Made by a program: the position numbers and the translations under genes
DNA from: the human T2T-CHM13v2.0 reference genome, Homo sapiens
DNA length: 64,000 nt
Direction: 5' to 3' (one strand)
NCBI RefSeq assembly: GCF_009914755.1
Contig: NC_060943.1
Notes under the pieces: model-generated
What the model saw: only the letters and a program-made list of their open reading frames with translations
What the model was told of the DNA's origin: nothing
Databases searched by the model: none
Shown: positions 13,926-33,271 of the stretch, piece by piece
Layout of the letters: each line of letters starts with the position of its first letter
How positions within the stretch are numbered: position 1 is the stretch's first letter

Positions 13926-14562
13926 TTTTAATTAAAATTGAAAAAAACAGAGAACAAGGGCAGCTATGCCTATATGAGACTAAATAAACTTTAAGTCAAA
14001 AAACTGTCACAAGACATAAAGAAACATTATTGTATAGTTATAAAGGGGTCAATTCAATAAGAAGATATAATAATTATAAATATATATGTGCCCAACAATG
14101 GAGCACCCAAATATATGAAGCAAATGTTAAGAGAACTGAAAAGAGAAAGAGATAACAATACAATAATAGTAGAGGACTTCAATACTCTACTTTCAACCAT
14201 TGATAGATAAAACAGACAGAAAATCAATAAGAAAATAGGGGACTTTAACAACAGTAGACACCAAATTAGGCATAATAAACATATATGGAACATTTCACCT
14301 AACAGCAGCAGAATACACATTCTTCTCAAGTGCACATGGAACATTCTTTGGAATAGGTCACACGTTAGGTCACAAAACAAGTCTAAACAAATTCAAGAAG
14401 ATTGAAATCATGTCAAGTATCTTTTCCGACGACAATGAAATAAAACTAGAAATAACAGAAAGAAATTTGGAAAATGTACAAATATGTGGAAACTCATACA
14501 CTACTGAACAACCAGTGGGTCAAAGAAGAAATCAAAAGGGAAATCAGAATATATATTGAGAT

Positions 14563-14870
14563 GGCCAGGCACGGTGGCTCATGCCTGTAATCCCAGCAGT
14601 TTGGGAGGCCAAGGTGGCTAGATCACGTGAGGCCAGGAGTTTGAAACTAGCCTGGCCAACATGGTGAAACCTCATCTCTACTAAAAATACAAAAATTTGC
14701 CGGGCGTGGTGTTGCATGCCTTTAGTCCCAACTACTTGGGAGGCTGAGGCACGAGAATCACTTGAACCCAGGAGGAGGATGCTGCAGTGAGCCAAGATCA
14801 TGCCACTGCACCACTACACTCCAGCCTAGGTGACAGAGCAAGATGCTGTCTCAAAAACAAACAAACAAAA
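14563..14870 (+). mobile_element. Alu (S-type)
   Basis: Sense dimer. Confidence 0.93.
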
Positions 14871-15930
14871 TATATATATACGTATATATATAGAAAGAGA
14901 GAGAGAGGGGTGGGGGAAGGGAGAGAGAAATACAAACGGAAACACAGCATACCAGAAGTTATTGGATGCAGCAAAAGTGCTTACAAGAGGGAAGTTTATA
15001 CTATAAATGCTTACATTTTAAAAAAAGAAAAAAATGTCACCAATAAATAACCTAACAATGTACCTCAAGGCCTACGGAGAGAAAAACAAACAAACAAACA
15101 AAAAAAACTGGACCTAAAATTAGCATAAAGAAGGAAACATTAAAGATCAGAGCAGAAATAAGTGAACTCATGACCAAAAAAGGGTTAATAAAATTAAGAG
15201 TTGGCTTTTCTGTAAGTCAAAATTGACAAATCTTTAGCTAGACTAAGGAAAAAAAAGAGAGAAAACTCAAAAAATAAAATCACAAATAAAAGAGTAGACA
15301 TTACAAGAAATGCCACAAACAAAAGGATTAGAAGAGACAACTATGAACAATTATATGCAAACAAACTGGCTAACAGAAAAAATAGATAAATTTCTAGAAA
15401 CATATAATCTGCCACGACCGAATAATGAAGAAATAGAGCCTGAATAGACTAATAACAAGTATGGAGATCAAATCAGGAATCAAAACCCTACAAAGGGAAT
15501 CCCAGGACCAGATGGCCTCACAGCTGAATTCCATGAAACATTTAAAAAAGAATTAACATGAATTATTCTCAAACTCTTCCAAAAAATTAAAGATAAAGGA
15601 ATGCTTCAAAACTCACCTTATAAGTTTAGCACTGCCCTAATACCTGATACTCCCATCACAAGCAGCTAGTAAAAGAACAAATCAAGCCAAAGAATGTATA
15701 AAAGGAAGTACCACATATAAAAGCAGAAGTCAGTAAAATATAAAACAAATATACAATAGATAATGCAATATCGGAATTTGGTTCTTTTAAAATATATATA
15801 TAATTTAAAAACCTCTAGCAAAATGTATGAGAGAGAGAGGAGTGTAAGAGGGAGAGAGGAAAAGGAAGGCAGGAAGAAAGGGAGGGAGAGAGGGAGGGAT
15901 AGAAGGAATTACTAATATCAGAAATGATAA

Positions 15931-17311
<1,381 letters not shown>

Positions 17312-18457
17312 GAGAATTAAGGTAAAACAATAAAAACTTTTTGACATTTGACAATTTAGTTAAATGTCCAATTTTCTTGAGGAATAAAACTTGTACAAAT
17401 TGACATAAGAAGAAATAGAAATTCTGAATTATCCTTAATCTATTTAAAAAAAAGGACTAGTATTTTTTTAATTCTCCCAAAAGAAAATTCCAAGTCTAAA
17501 TCGCTTCACTAATGAATCCTTCTAAACATTTAAGAAATATCATCAGCCTTAGACAAACTCATCCAGAGAATAGAAAAAAATGGAAACATTTCCCAACTCA
17601 TTCTAAAAGTCCAGTCATTCTGATATTAAAACCTGACAAGGATACTTCAATTTGTATCTTATAAACATAAGTACAAAAATCTTTACCAAAATAATAGCAA
17701 ATCAAGAAAAATATAAGAAGTATAATATATCACAACCAAGTAGGGTTTATTTAAGAAATGCAAGGGTAGCGTAACATTGAAAATCAATCAGTATAATTCT
17801 AGTATATTAACAGAAAATACAATCGTCTTGGTAGACTCAGAAAAACCACTTGATAGAAGTCAGTACTTAAAACACAGCAAACTAAGAACAAAAAAAGCTT
17901 CCCTATTTTTATAAATATCATCTAATATGATTTGCTAAAGAACTTTAAAAAGCACTTTAGCAAATCATAAGATTTTTAAAAATGATTTAAAAGTTCATTT
18001 TAATCATAAGATTTACAAAGAACTTTAGCAAATCATAATTAATGATGAATTATTATAATTAATAGTGAAAAATTGAAAGCTCTTCTTCTGAGATCAGAAT
18101 TAAGCAAGGATACCCATTCTCACCACTTTATTTGAGGCTCCATTCAATGCATTAAAGCAAAACATATGAATAAAAGGCGTATCAATGGAATGAAAATAGA
18201 CAACCTGTTGTTCCTCACAGATGACATCATGGCAAAAATAGAAAATAAAAATGAATCTACAGCAATGTATTATATAATTTAGCAATGTCACTGGATTTAA
18301 ATATAAAGTACAAATACAAAAAAGAAATATTATTTCTATGTAATTTCTAAATACTACCAACAAAGAAATATAAAATGAAAATTTTAAAGTGGTGCCATTT
18401 AAAATATCAAGTATCTAGAAAAAAATCTAATAAATGGTGTAGAAAACTTCTACACTA

Positions 18458-18952
18458 GCCTAGCCCAGTGGCTCATGCCTGTAACCCTAGAACTTTGAGA
18501 GGCTGAGGAGGGAGGCTTGCTTGAGGGCAGGAATTCAAGACCAGCTTGGGTAACATAGTGAGACCCATGTCTCTACAAAAAATATTTAGCTGGGCATGAT
18601 GGTGTGCCCCTGTAGTCCCAGCTACTCAGGAGGCTAAATTGGGAGGATCACTTGGGCCCAGGAGGTCAGGCTGCAGTGAACCATCATCACGCCTCTGTAC
18701 TCCAGCCTAGGTGACAGAGTGTGACCCTGTCTCAAAAAAAAGACTTTGGGAGCCTGAGGTGGGAGGATCACTTGAGCCCAGATTCTAGACCAGCCTCAGC
18801 AACATGGTCAAACCCCAAAAATGTTATAAAAATTAGCCAGGCATGATGGCACACACCTGTAGCCTGGGAGATCGAGATTGCAGTGAGCCGTGCCACTGCA
18901 CTCTAGCCTGGGCAGCACAGCAAGACCTTGTCTCAAAACAAAAACAAAACAC
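18458..18952 (+). mobile_element. Two tandem AluJ-type elements (second partial, 18743-18952)
   Basis: Sense Alu sequence with two tails. Confidence 0.88.
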
Positions 18953-19026
18953 AAATTGTTCCTGGAAAAAAATTAAATAAGACCTAAATCAGCAAGGGAT
19001 ACACTGTTTATAGATTGAAATACTCA

Positions 19027-19321
<295 letters not shown>

Positions 19322-19499
19322 TTAAAAAATATCAATCCTTCCAAATAGATATATACATTAAATGCAACCCCAGTGAAAATTCCAGCAGGATTGTTTGTGA
19401 AAATGTATAGGCTGATTCCAAAATGGAAATGGAAAGATCAGAGATGAAGAAAAGTTCATTGAAGAGAAACTGAAGAAAAGAACAGAGCTGGAGGGCTTA

Positions 19500-20054
<555 letters not shown>

Positions 20055-21526
20055 CTACATGCAATAGTATGTATGAGTTTCAGGACATAATGTTGAGCCA
20101 TAGAAGTCAGGCACAATGAGTATATGTACTGTGTGATTCCATTTATACAAAGCTCAAACACAATGAAACTAATCTACAGTTTTAGAGATTTGGATAGTGG
20201 TAACCTTTGGGATTAGTGACTTTATTATGGCATGAAAGTAGACCCTGGGATGTTGGTATTACTCTGTTTCTTAATCTGGATTTTGTTTTCAGGAGAGTAT
20301 TCAAATTATGAAAATGTGAAGGTCTGTACACTTACGATTTGAACTCTCTCCTTTGTGAATGTTGCACTGAAATAAAATGTATGGGAAAAAAGACATAAGG
20401 TTAGGTAAATAATAGCCTGGAACTTTCATAAATCTTTTTTTTTTTTTATCTTTTGAAAAAAGATGTTACACTGTCACTCAGGCTGGAGTGCAGTGGCACT
20501 ATCATGGCTCACTGCAGCCTCAACCTCATGGGCAATAACAAGTGTGATGTCAGTCTGAGGTCGGACAGGCAGTTGTTGGGCAGATGTCCTTGCAGAAGTA
20601 TTCTTTTGTGTAAGATTACAACGGCCTTTGTGCAAGGTTTTGGTTTTGTTTTGTTTTGTTTAGACACAACTCAAGTGATCCTCATGCCTCACCTCCCAAA
20701 TACCTGGGACTGTAGATGCACGACATCTTGCCCAGCTCGATTGTGAGTTTTGCAAAGTCTTTTCTGTTATCAGGCATACAAGCTGAGAATCCCCTCTTCA
20801 TAGCCCTCTTCATCCAACTCTATTTGTCAGGATTTGTTTAACATTAGTGATTCCATTTTGATTCTGGAAACTTTCACATTTCCCTCTTTCATTCAAGATC
20901 TTTCTCCAAAAACATCACTGATCAATCATCCTGTAGTTAAATTTTTATGTCCCTTAATGCTGACATGAACCTGTTGCAGTTGCTGGTCTTGACCCACATT
21001 GAGGGAAGTGATTGGTGACTAGGAATCAGTGTGAAAACCCTTTGAGCCACATTTAAACAACAAGGGAGATTTCAAAGGAGTGGCTGTTATGCCAAGTCTA
21101 CGTGGAATCCATTACTAAATTCTATTTTGTCTGTTCTGTAGTTTTTTGGTAATCATCTGAAAGTGCTTGGCTAGCATTATTTTATTAGGAGTTGTATTCT
21201 GCAAAATTAACAAGTAACAAATACAAAGTTTTTAAAAGGGACAAAAACAAAGTAAAACTAACTGCAGTATGACAATCCCAGTTTGCATAATGGTCTTGAG
21301 ACATGAACCTAGGCTTAAAGACAACTAATTGAATATATCAAGTGACCATAGAAAATTAGATGAGACCTATTGTAACCATGTGGCCTGTTTTCTTATTTTG
21401 TGTATATGCGTCTCAACTTTCCCAGAGGAATCTATCCAGGTACAGCATGTAATAGTATTAGCAATAGTACAGACCTTTTCTTATTTAACCAATAGATGCT
21501 AAAGGATTTCTTAGGTTAAGATTTCT

Positions 21527-22218
<692 letters not shown>

Positions 22219-22640
22219 CCATTATCCTGATAAGTGAAAACGGTAACATTAAGGGGAGCCTTGGGGAAAGCTGTTTACAACATAACAACATCAACTTCTC
22301 CTCCTGACTGGTAGTTTGAATGTCTGGGCATGACATTGGGTGGTTTGGTGAACTTTTTGTATGGTCCATACATCAGGCATGAGGCTTGTTCCTGAAAATT
22401 CATCTAGTTTCAGCTTATAGGGCTTTAGGAATAGAGCAGATTTTGTTTTCAGTTGGAGAGTTGTAGCCAAATATTGAAAAAAATTAGGAGAATTCATGAA
22501 TGGGTCTAGTCTATAGGTAGATGACAAAAACTTGAAACTAATGCACAGGGCTACAGTCTAATCTAATAATGGGTGTATTATAGTTTTTCTTTGAAACAAA
22601 GTTTTTCCCTCTACATTGATAATATAAAAATCTCAGATTT

Positions 22641-22868
22641 GGCAGGGCATGGTGGCTGATGCCTGTAATCTCAGCACTTTGGGAGACCAAGGTGAGTGGA
22701 TCACTGGAGGTCAGGAATTCCAGACCAGCCTGGCCAACATGGTGAAACCCTGTCTCTACTAAAATACAAAAAATTAGCTGGGCATGGTGGCACACACCTG
22801 TAATCTCAGCTACTTGGGAGGCTGAGGCAGGAGAATCACTTGAACCCAGGAAGTGGAAGCAGAAAAAA
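22641..22868 (+). mobile_element. Alu lacking the end of its right arm
   Basis: Flanked by atctcagattt direct repeats. Confidence 0.9.
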
Positions 22869-23399
22869 CATCTCAGATTTAAAAACCTTTTGAGATTAGG
22901 AAGCCAAACCTAGGCAGATGTTAGATTTTACTAAGAATCTTAAGGTTGTTGGGCCTGCCAGGAAGTGACCATTTTTAATCACTCATTGTAAGACTGGGAA
23001 CTCCTGAAGCTAGGCATCTAGTGTACATTCTTAAATGTGGCATTTCAGTCAAAAACCTTGGTAATAGAGCCAATGTTTCAAATTGCAATCTGGTTATAAA
23101 GAAAGCAGGTCTTTATTAAACTTATGTAAATGAAAACAAGAATACTCACAAGTGGTTTCTGAATTTTGGAGAAATCAAGTAGAGAGAAAAAGCAAATGCT
23201 TCCATGTTTGTTGACAAAAGTACAATATACTTATTTACAAATTGTTGTAAACTATACCTTATGAAATAAAATGTCCTTAAATCTGGGAAACAAAACATTT
23301 AAGTAAAGGATGTTTTAAATAAAAGTTATAAAACATTATCTTTATCAGTTACTTAATTTTATGTAATTAATTTTTTGTTGTTCTTGATCCCAATTAATA

Positions 23400-23404
<5 letters not shown>

Positions 23405-23434
<30 letters not shown>

Positions 23435-26059
23435 TTTTTTTATTGATAATTCTTGGGTGTTTCTCACAGAGGGGGATTTGGCAGGGTCATGGGACAATAG
23501 TGGAGGGAAGGTCAGCAGATAAACAAGTGAACAAAGGTCTCTGGTTTTCCTAGGCAGAGGACCCTGCGGCCTTCCGCAGTGTTTGTGTCCCTGATTACTT
23601 GAGATTAGGGATTGGTGATGACTCTTAACGAGCATGCTGCCTTCAAGCATCTGTTTAACAAAGCACATCTTGCACCGCCCTTAATCCATTTAACCCTGAG
23701 TGGACACAGCACATGTTTCAGAGAGCACAGGGTTGGGGGTAAGGTCACAGATCAACAGGATCCCAAGACAGAGGAATTTTTCTTAGTGCAGAACAAAATG
23801 AAAAGTCTCCCATGTCTACTTCTTTCTACACAGACACGGCAACCATCCGATTTCTCAATCTTTTCCCCGCCTTTCCCGCCTTTCTATTCCACAAGGCCGC
23901 CATTGTCATCCTGGCCCGTTCTCAATGAGCTGTTGGGCACACCTCCCAGACGGGGTGGTGGCTGGGCAGAGGCGCCCCTCACCTCCCGGACGGGGCGGCT
24001 GGCCGGGCGGGGGGGGCTGACCCCCCCCACCTCCCTCCTGGACGGGGCGGCTGGCCGGGCGGGGGGCTGACACCCCCACCTCCCTCCCGGACGGGGCGGC
24101 TGGCCGGGCAGAGGGGCTCCTCACTTCCCAGTAGGGGTGGCCGGGCAGAGGCGCCCCTCACCTCCCGGACGGGGCCACTGGCCGGGCAGGGGGGCTGACC
24201 CCCCCCACCTCCCTCCCGGACGGGGCGGCTGGCCGGGCGGGGGGCTGACCCCCCCACCTCCCTCCCGGACGAGGCGGCTGGCTGGGCGTGGGGCTGACAC
24301 CCCCACCTCCCTCCCAGACAGGGCGGCTGGCCGGGCGGGGGGCTGACCCCCCCACCTCCCTCCCGGATGGGGCGGCTGGTCGGGCGGGGGGCCGACCCCC
24401 CCACCTCCCTCCCGGACGGGGCGGCTGGCCGGGCAGAGGAGCTCCTCACTTCCCAGTAGGGGCGGCCGGGCAGAGGCGCCCCTCACCTCCCAGACGGGGC
24501 GGCTGGCCGGGCGGAGGGCTGACCCCCCCACCTCCCTCCCGGACAGGGCGGCTGGCCGGGCGGGGGGCTGACCCCCCCACCTCCCTCCCGGACGGGGCGG
24601 CTGGCCGGGCAGAGGGGCTCCTCACTTCCCAGTAGGGGCGGCCGGGCAGAGGCGCCCCTCACCTCCCAGACGGGGCGGCTGGCCGGGCGGAGGGCTGACC
24701 CCCCCACCTCCCTCCCGGACGGGGCGGCTGGCCAGGCGGGGGGCTGACCCCCCCACCTCCCTCCCGGACGGGGCGGCTGGCCGGGTGGGGGGGCTGACCC
24801 CCCCATCTCCCTCCCGGACGGGGTGGCTGGCCGGGCTGAGGGGCTCCTCACTTCCCAGTAGGGGCGGCCGGGCAGAGGCGCCCCTCACCTCCCGGACGGG
24901 GCGGCTGGCCGGGCGGGGGGCTGACCCCCCCACCTCCCTCCCGGATGGCACAGCTGGCCGGGCGGGGGGGCTGACCCCCCACCTCCCTCCCGGATGGGGT
25001 GGCTGGCCGGGTGGGGGGCTGACCCCCCCCCACCTCCCTCCCGGACGGGGTGGCTGCTGGGCGGAGATGCTCCTCACTTCCCAGATGGGGTGGCTGCCGG
25101 GCGGAGAGGCTCCTCACTTCTCAGACGGGGCAGCTGCCGGGCGGAGGGGCTCCTCACTTCTCAGACGGGGTGGTTGCCAGGCAGAGGGTCTCCTCACTTC
25201 TCAGACGGGGCGGCCGGGCAGAGACGCTCCTCACCTCCCAGACGGGGTCTCGGCCGGGCAGAGGCGCTCCTCACATCCCAGATGGGGCGGCGGGGCAGAG
25301 GCGCTCCCCACATCTCAGACTATGGGCGGCCGGGCAGAGACGCTCCTCACTTCCTAGATGTGATGGCGGCTGGGAAGAGGTGCTCCTCACTTCCTAGATG
25401 GGATGGCGGCCGGGCGGAGACGCTCCTCACTTTCCAGACTGGGCAGCCAGGCAGAGGGGCTCCTCACATCCCAGACGATGGGCGGCCAGGCAGAGACACT
25501 CCTCACTTCCCAGACGGGGTGGCGGCCGGGCAGAGGCTGCAATCTCGGCACTTTGGGAGGCCAAGGCAGGCGGCTGGGAGGTGTAGGTTGTAGTGAGCCG
25601 AGATCACGCCACTGCACTCCAGCATGGGCACCATTGAGCACTGAGTGAACGAGACTCCGTCTGCAATCCCGGCACCTCGGGAGGCCGAGGTTGGCGGATC
25701 ACTCGCGGTTAGGGGCTGGAGACCGGCCCGGCCAACACAGCGAAACCCTGTCTCCACCAAAACCAGTCAGGCGTGGCGGCGCGTGCCTGCAATCGCAGGC
25801 ACTCGGCAGACTGAGGCAGGAGAATCAGGCAGGGAGGATGCAGTGAGCCGAGATGGCAGCAGTACAGTCCAGCTTCGGCTCCGCATGAGAGGGAGACCGT
25901 GGGGAGAGGGAGAGCGAGAGGGAGACGGAGAGCGAGAGGGAGACGGAGAGCGAGAGGGAGACGGAGAGCGAGAGGGAGACGGAGAGGGAGAGGGAGAGGG
26001 AGAGGGAGAGGGAGAGGGAGAGGGAGACAGAGGGAGAGGGAGAGGGAGAGGGAGAGGGA
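23405..26059 (-). mobile_element. Full-length SVA retrotransposon, young E/F type (most like SVA_F)
   Basis: PolyA, SINE-R (~23430-23940), GC-rich VNTR (~23940-25540), Alu-like region and (CCCTCT)n hexamer (~25900-26059); 15-bp TSD ccaattaatagtttt at 23390-23404 and 26060-26074. Confidence 0.97.
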
Positions 26060-26158
26060 CCAATTAATAGTTTTATGAGTCCATCAGTTTCTTTATTAGA
26101 GTTCTTGAAATTTTTATTTAATCCATTGATCTTAAAGCTGTCAGAAATCTGTGTTCAA

Positions 26159-26460
26159 GCCTGGTGCAGTGGCTCACACCTGTAATCCCAGTACTTTGGG
26201 AAGCCACAGCAGGAGAATAACTTGAGGCCAGGAGTTCAAGTCTAGCCTAGACAACATAGTGAGACCCCCCTCTCTACAAAAAAATAAAAATAATAAAACC
26301 AGCCAACCACAGCTGTGGACACCTATAGTCCCAGCCACTCGGGAGTCTGAGATGGGTAGATTACTTGATCACAGGAGTTCATAGCTGTAGTAAGCTATTA
26401 TCATGGCACTGCACTCAAATTGGGTGACAGAGTGAGACCCTGTCACCAAAAAAAAAAAAA
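26159..26460 (+). mobile_element. Alu (J-type)
   Basis: Degenerate sense dimer. Confidence 0.88.
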
Positions 26461-27631
26461 GTCTGTTCAAGGGTACGTGTTAGAGTTGCTTTCTTGAAAA
26501 GCAATTTTGAACCATGGCTGATTATAAATGTTTTTAGAGAAGAATTCAAAACAATTACTGTAAGTAACAAAAACTTAGACTAGCCATAAAGGCTCCCAAT
26601 TTATCAAAACAGAATCACACATCACTGTAAAATCATGGTTATTCATTTAACCAGAGTGATAATCAAAAGGCTTCAAAAACAATACAGAAAATTTCATGGA
26701 TATGAAAACTTTAACCCTTTCAAAGCTCAGTTTTTCTAAGTAATCAAAAACCTAATAAAGACAACGTAGGAATTGTCTTGATAAAATGTAAAATCTTTGG
26801 GGTTTTGTTTAAGACCAGTTACAAAAAGCTAAATTAAAAACTTCTTGTATTCTAATTGTTTTTCCTTATGGGAAGCATGTTTAGGCAAGCTGGAAGTCAA
26901 ATCTAATGAAAAGGGTACTTGAATTTTATCAGACACAGGAAGAGTTTGTCCAAGGCTATGAGTAAACACTATATTATAGAGGAATGTAAATAAGAAAACT
27001 AGTACCTTGAGCAGGGGGGAAAACATAGCTCTTAGTAACAGCATGGGAAGTTTCCCGGTTACACGAAGCAATTCAGACACATCAAGAAAAGCCAAGAGTA
27101 CAGAATCAAGTTATACTGGAAGAAAACATTGCTTTTCTTGACCTGCAAGATAAACATTTCAGCATTGGGCCATAACAGTAGGATTAAAACCGGGGGTGGG
27201 GGGTGAGGGAAGTTACAGCAATTTAAAAAAAAAGGTTGAATGAGAAAGTTATCACCTCAGCCAAGCAAAAATGATATACCATTTCAAGGGGAGAAAGAAC
27301 AGAAGGCAATGATGTATGACCATCACATCACATGCAGTGAGATACAGCGAAGGATGAACTTCTCATAAATAAATCTGAGAAGTTCCAAAAAGAAAACAAT
27401 TTACCTTGAGAATAAAATCACATTCTGAATGAAAAAGATAGCATTTCGAACCTGAAATTAGGGAGGTTAATTATATCTCAGGAAGAAATAGAAATAATAT
27501 AGAAAGATGGTTGTTAAACAGATTTCAGAATTAAAAACCAGAACCTCTTGTAATTTTATATAGAGCAAATCAATACTTTAAGAAAAACTTATTCTAACAT
27601 AGAGGACTAAATTTTTTTAGTTTTGCATTAG

Positions 27632-27950
<319 letters not shown>

Positions 27951-27965
27951 AGCATTTTTAATATC

Positions 27966-28772
<807 letters not shown>

Positions 28773-28963
28773 TAAATAACCAGTCATTTTACTTTAGGAC
28801 AAAAATTTACCATGAAAAGATTCTTTCTCATACAAAATTATTCTTCTATTTTTTAACCTCCCTTACGAAAAATACATCTTCATATTCCTACCTTTTCTCA
28901 CATTCCTCTCTCCTACTTATTGGTTCCTTTCTATCTTGTTTGATCTGAGAGCCTAAGCTTTAA

Positions 28964-29356
<393 letters not shown>

Positions 29357-29754
29357 TAAATTTGTATTTCTAAAAGGTGTCTCGGTTGTTGGTTACCACG
29401 GAGTTGTAATTTTAAAGCTATTAATTCAAAAGCCCTTTAAAACTTCTTCTTTTAAAAATCTTGATTGGAATGCCATAAGCAGTGAGTTTTATCTCAACAC
29501 CAGCAGAAAGGTCAGCAGATTCCAAGTAGGCAGAGAAAAAATTAGAGAGATAGCTTAGAAGACTCTACATGTTAACTCTATAGTTGCAGATTTTTTTTTA
29601 ACAATGACCATCTAAGCTCTGAATTTTCCTTGCTGTAATTTGCCCATCAATGTAAAAATGTGCACAAGAACAGGCCATAATATGTGCCAACTATAGTGGG
29701 TCCCAGAAAATCTGGCATGCCTTATTCATGTTTGAGAATGCCATTTTGTTTCTT

Positions 29755-30911
<1,157 letters not shown>

Positions 30912-30995
30912 GAGAATGCCATTTTGTTTCTTATTCATCTCCTGGGAGCAAAGAAAATCTTCTAAGTCCTGTAAGGGAATTCAGAAGTTTTTTAA

Positions 30996-31306
<311 letters not shown>

Positions 31307-31694
31307 AAATTCAGGAGTTTAGACCAGTGTTTTAGATGGTGGTGTCTGCCCTGGTAGCTGTAAAGTAGCCCTCGTGCATCCATCATTTAGAATATTTACT
31401 TTTGCTCCTGTAAGATTTTCAGAAACAAGCAAGGAAAAAGAGTCAAACCAAATAGAAGGAAACCAAGATAAGAATGTTCCAAATATTTTAACCCAGGTGT
31501 GCAGATCAAACAAAATATTAAACCAGAGAAGGTGCACAGACCAGAGAAGATGTACCTCGCAGACAGGATGTAAATACTTTAGAAACCTAGAGTATTCAAT
31601 GCAGAAAGATACTTGTCTCTATACCCGGAAGGACTTACCAGAAAAGACAAAAAGTCTTATTTCAGGAGGGATGTATGGTCTTTCATAAAAATGA

Positions 31695-32173
<479 letters not shown>

Positions 32174-32401
32174 ACCATTTCTTCTGCTAGTGAACTTTTT
32201 CAGGTCCTGTTTCAAACACCATATATGTCAACCTATTTAACAAACAGAAAGAGTCTCTCTGAAAGAAAAGATATTTGTTTAGCAATAGAGCATTGCAATG
32301 GGAATCTGTATACCATAGTGAAATATGTGCAAATTCAGGGAGATAAAGGAAGACAAGGGTTTTTAAATGAAAAAATGAGGAGGATTACATAATTGTTTTG
32401 A

Positions 32402-32939
<538 letters not shown>

Positions 32940-33271
32940 TAACATTAGTGACTCCGTTTCGATTCTGACAACTTTCACAGTTCTCTTACTAATATATGTT
33001 GTTGACAGCCTTCTCAAAGCAAACCTTCCATCTGAGCTTTACCCATACATATGTGTATATGATACATGACTAGCCACATGTATGATGCAGGTGCCTTAAA
33101 GACAGAGCAAACTACATGTGCTAAATAGAGTGTGCTCTTACCTTTACACCCAAACCACAGCCTCTTCAGTTTGTCAGTGTCAATAAACACCACCATGACC
33201 AATCCAGTTGCTCATGTGAGAGACTTGTGAGTCATTACCCATACTAACCTTTCTCAAACAACCCTTTATGA

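Noticed and set aside
23940-25540. Regularly spaced repeats resembling a CRISPR array or CpG-island promoter
   Set aside because: SVA VNTR tandem units with no unique spacers, in eukaryotic DNA.
23432-26067. Many overlapping Gly/Pro/Arg-rich ORFs (likewise 33180-35578)
   Set aside because: Stop-poor GC-rich SVA VNTR and hexamer sequence, not genes.
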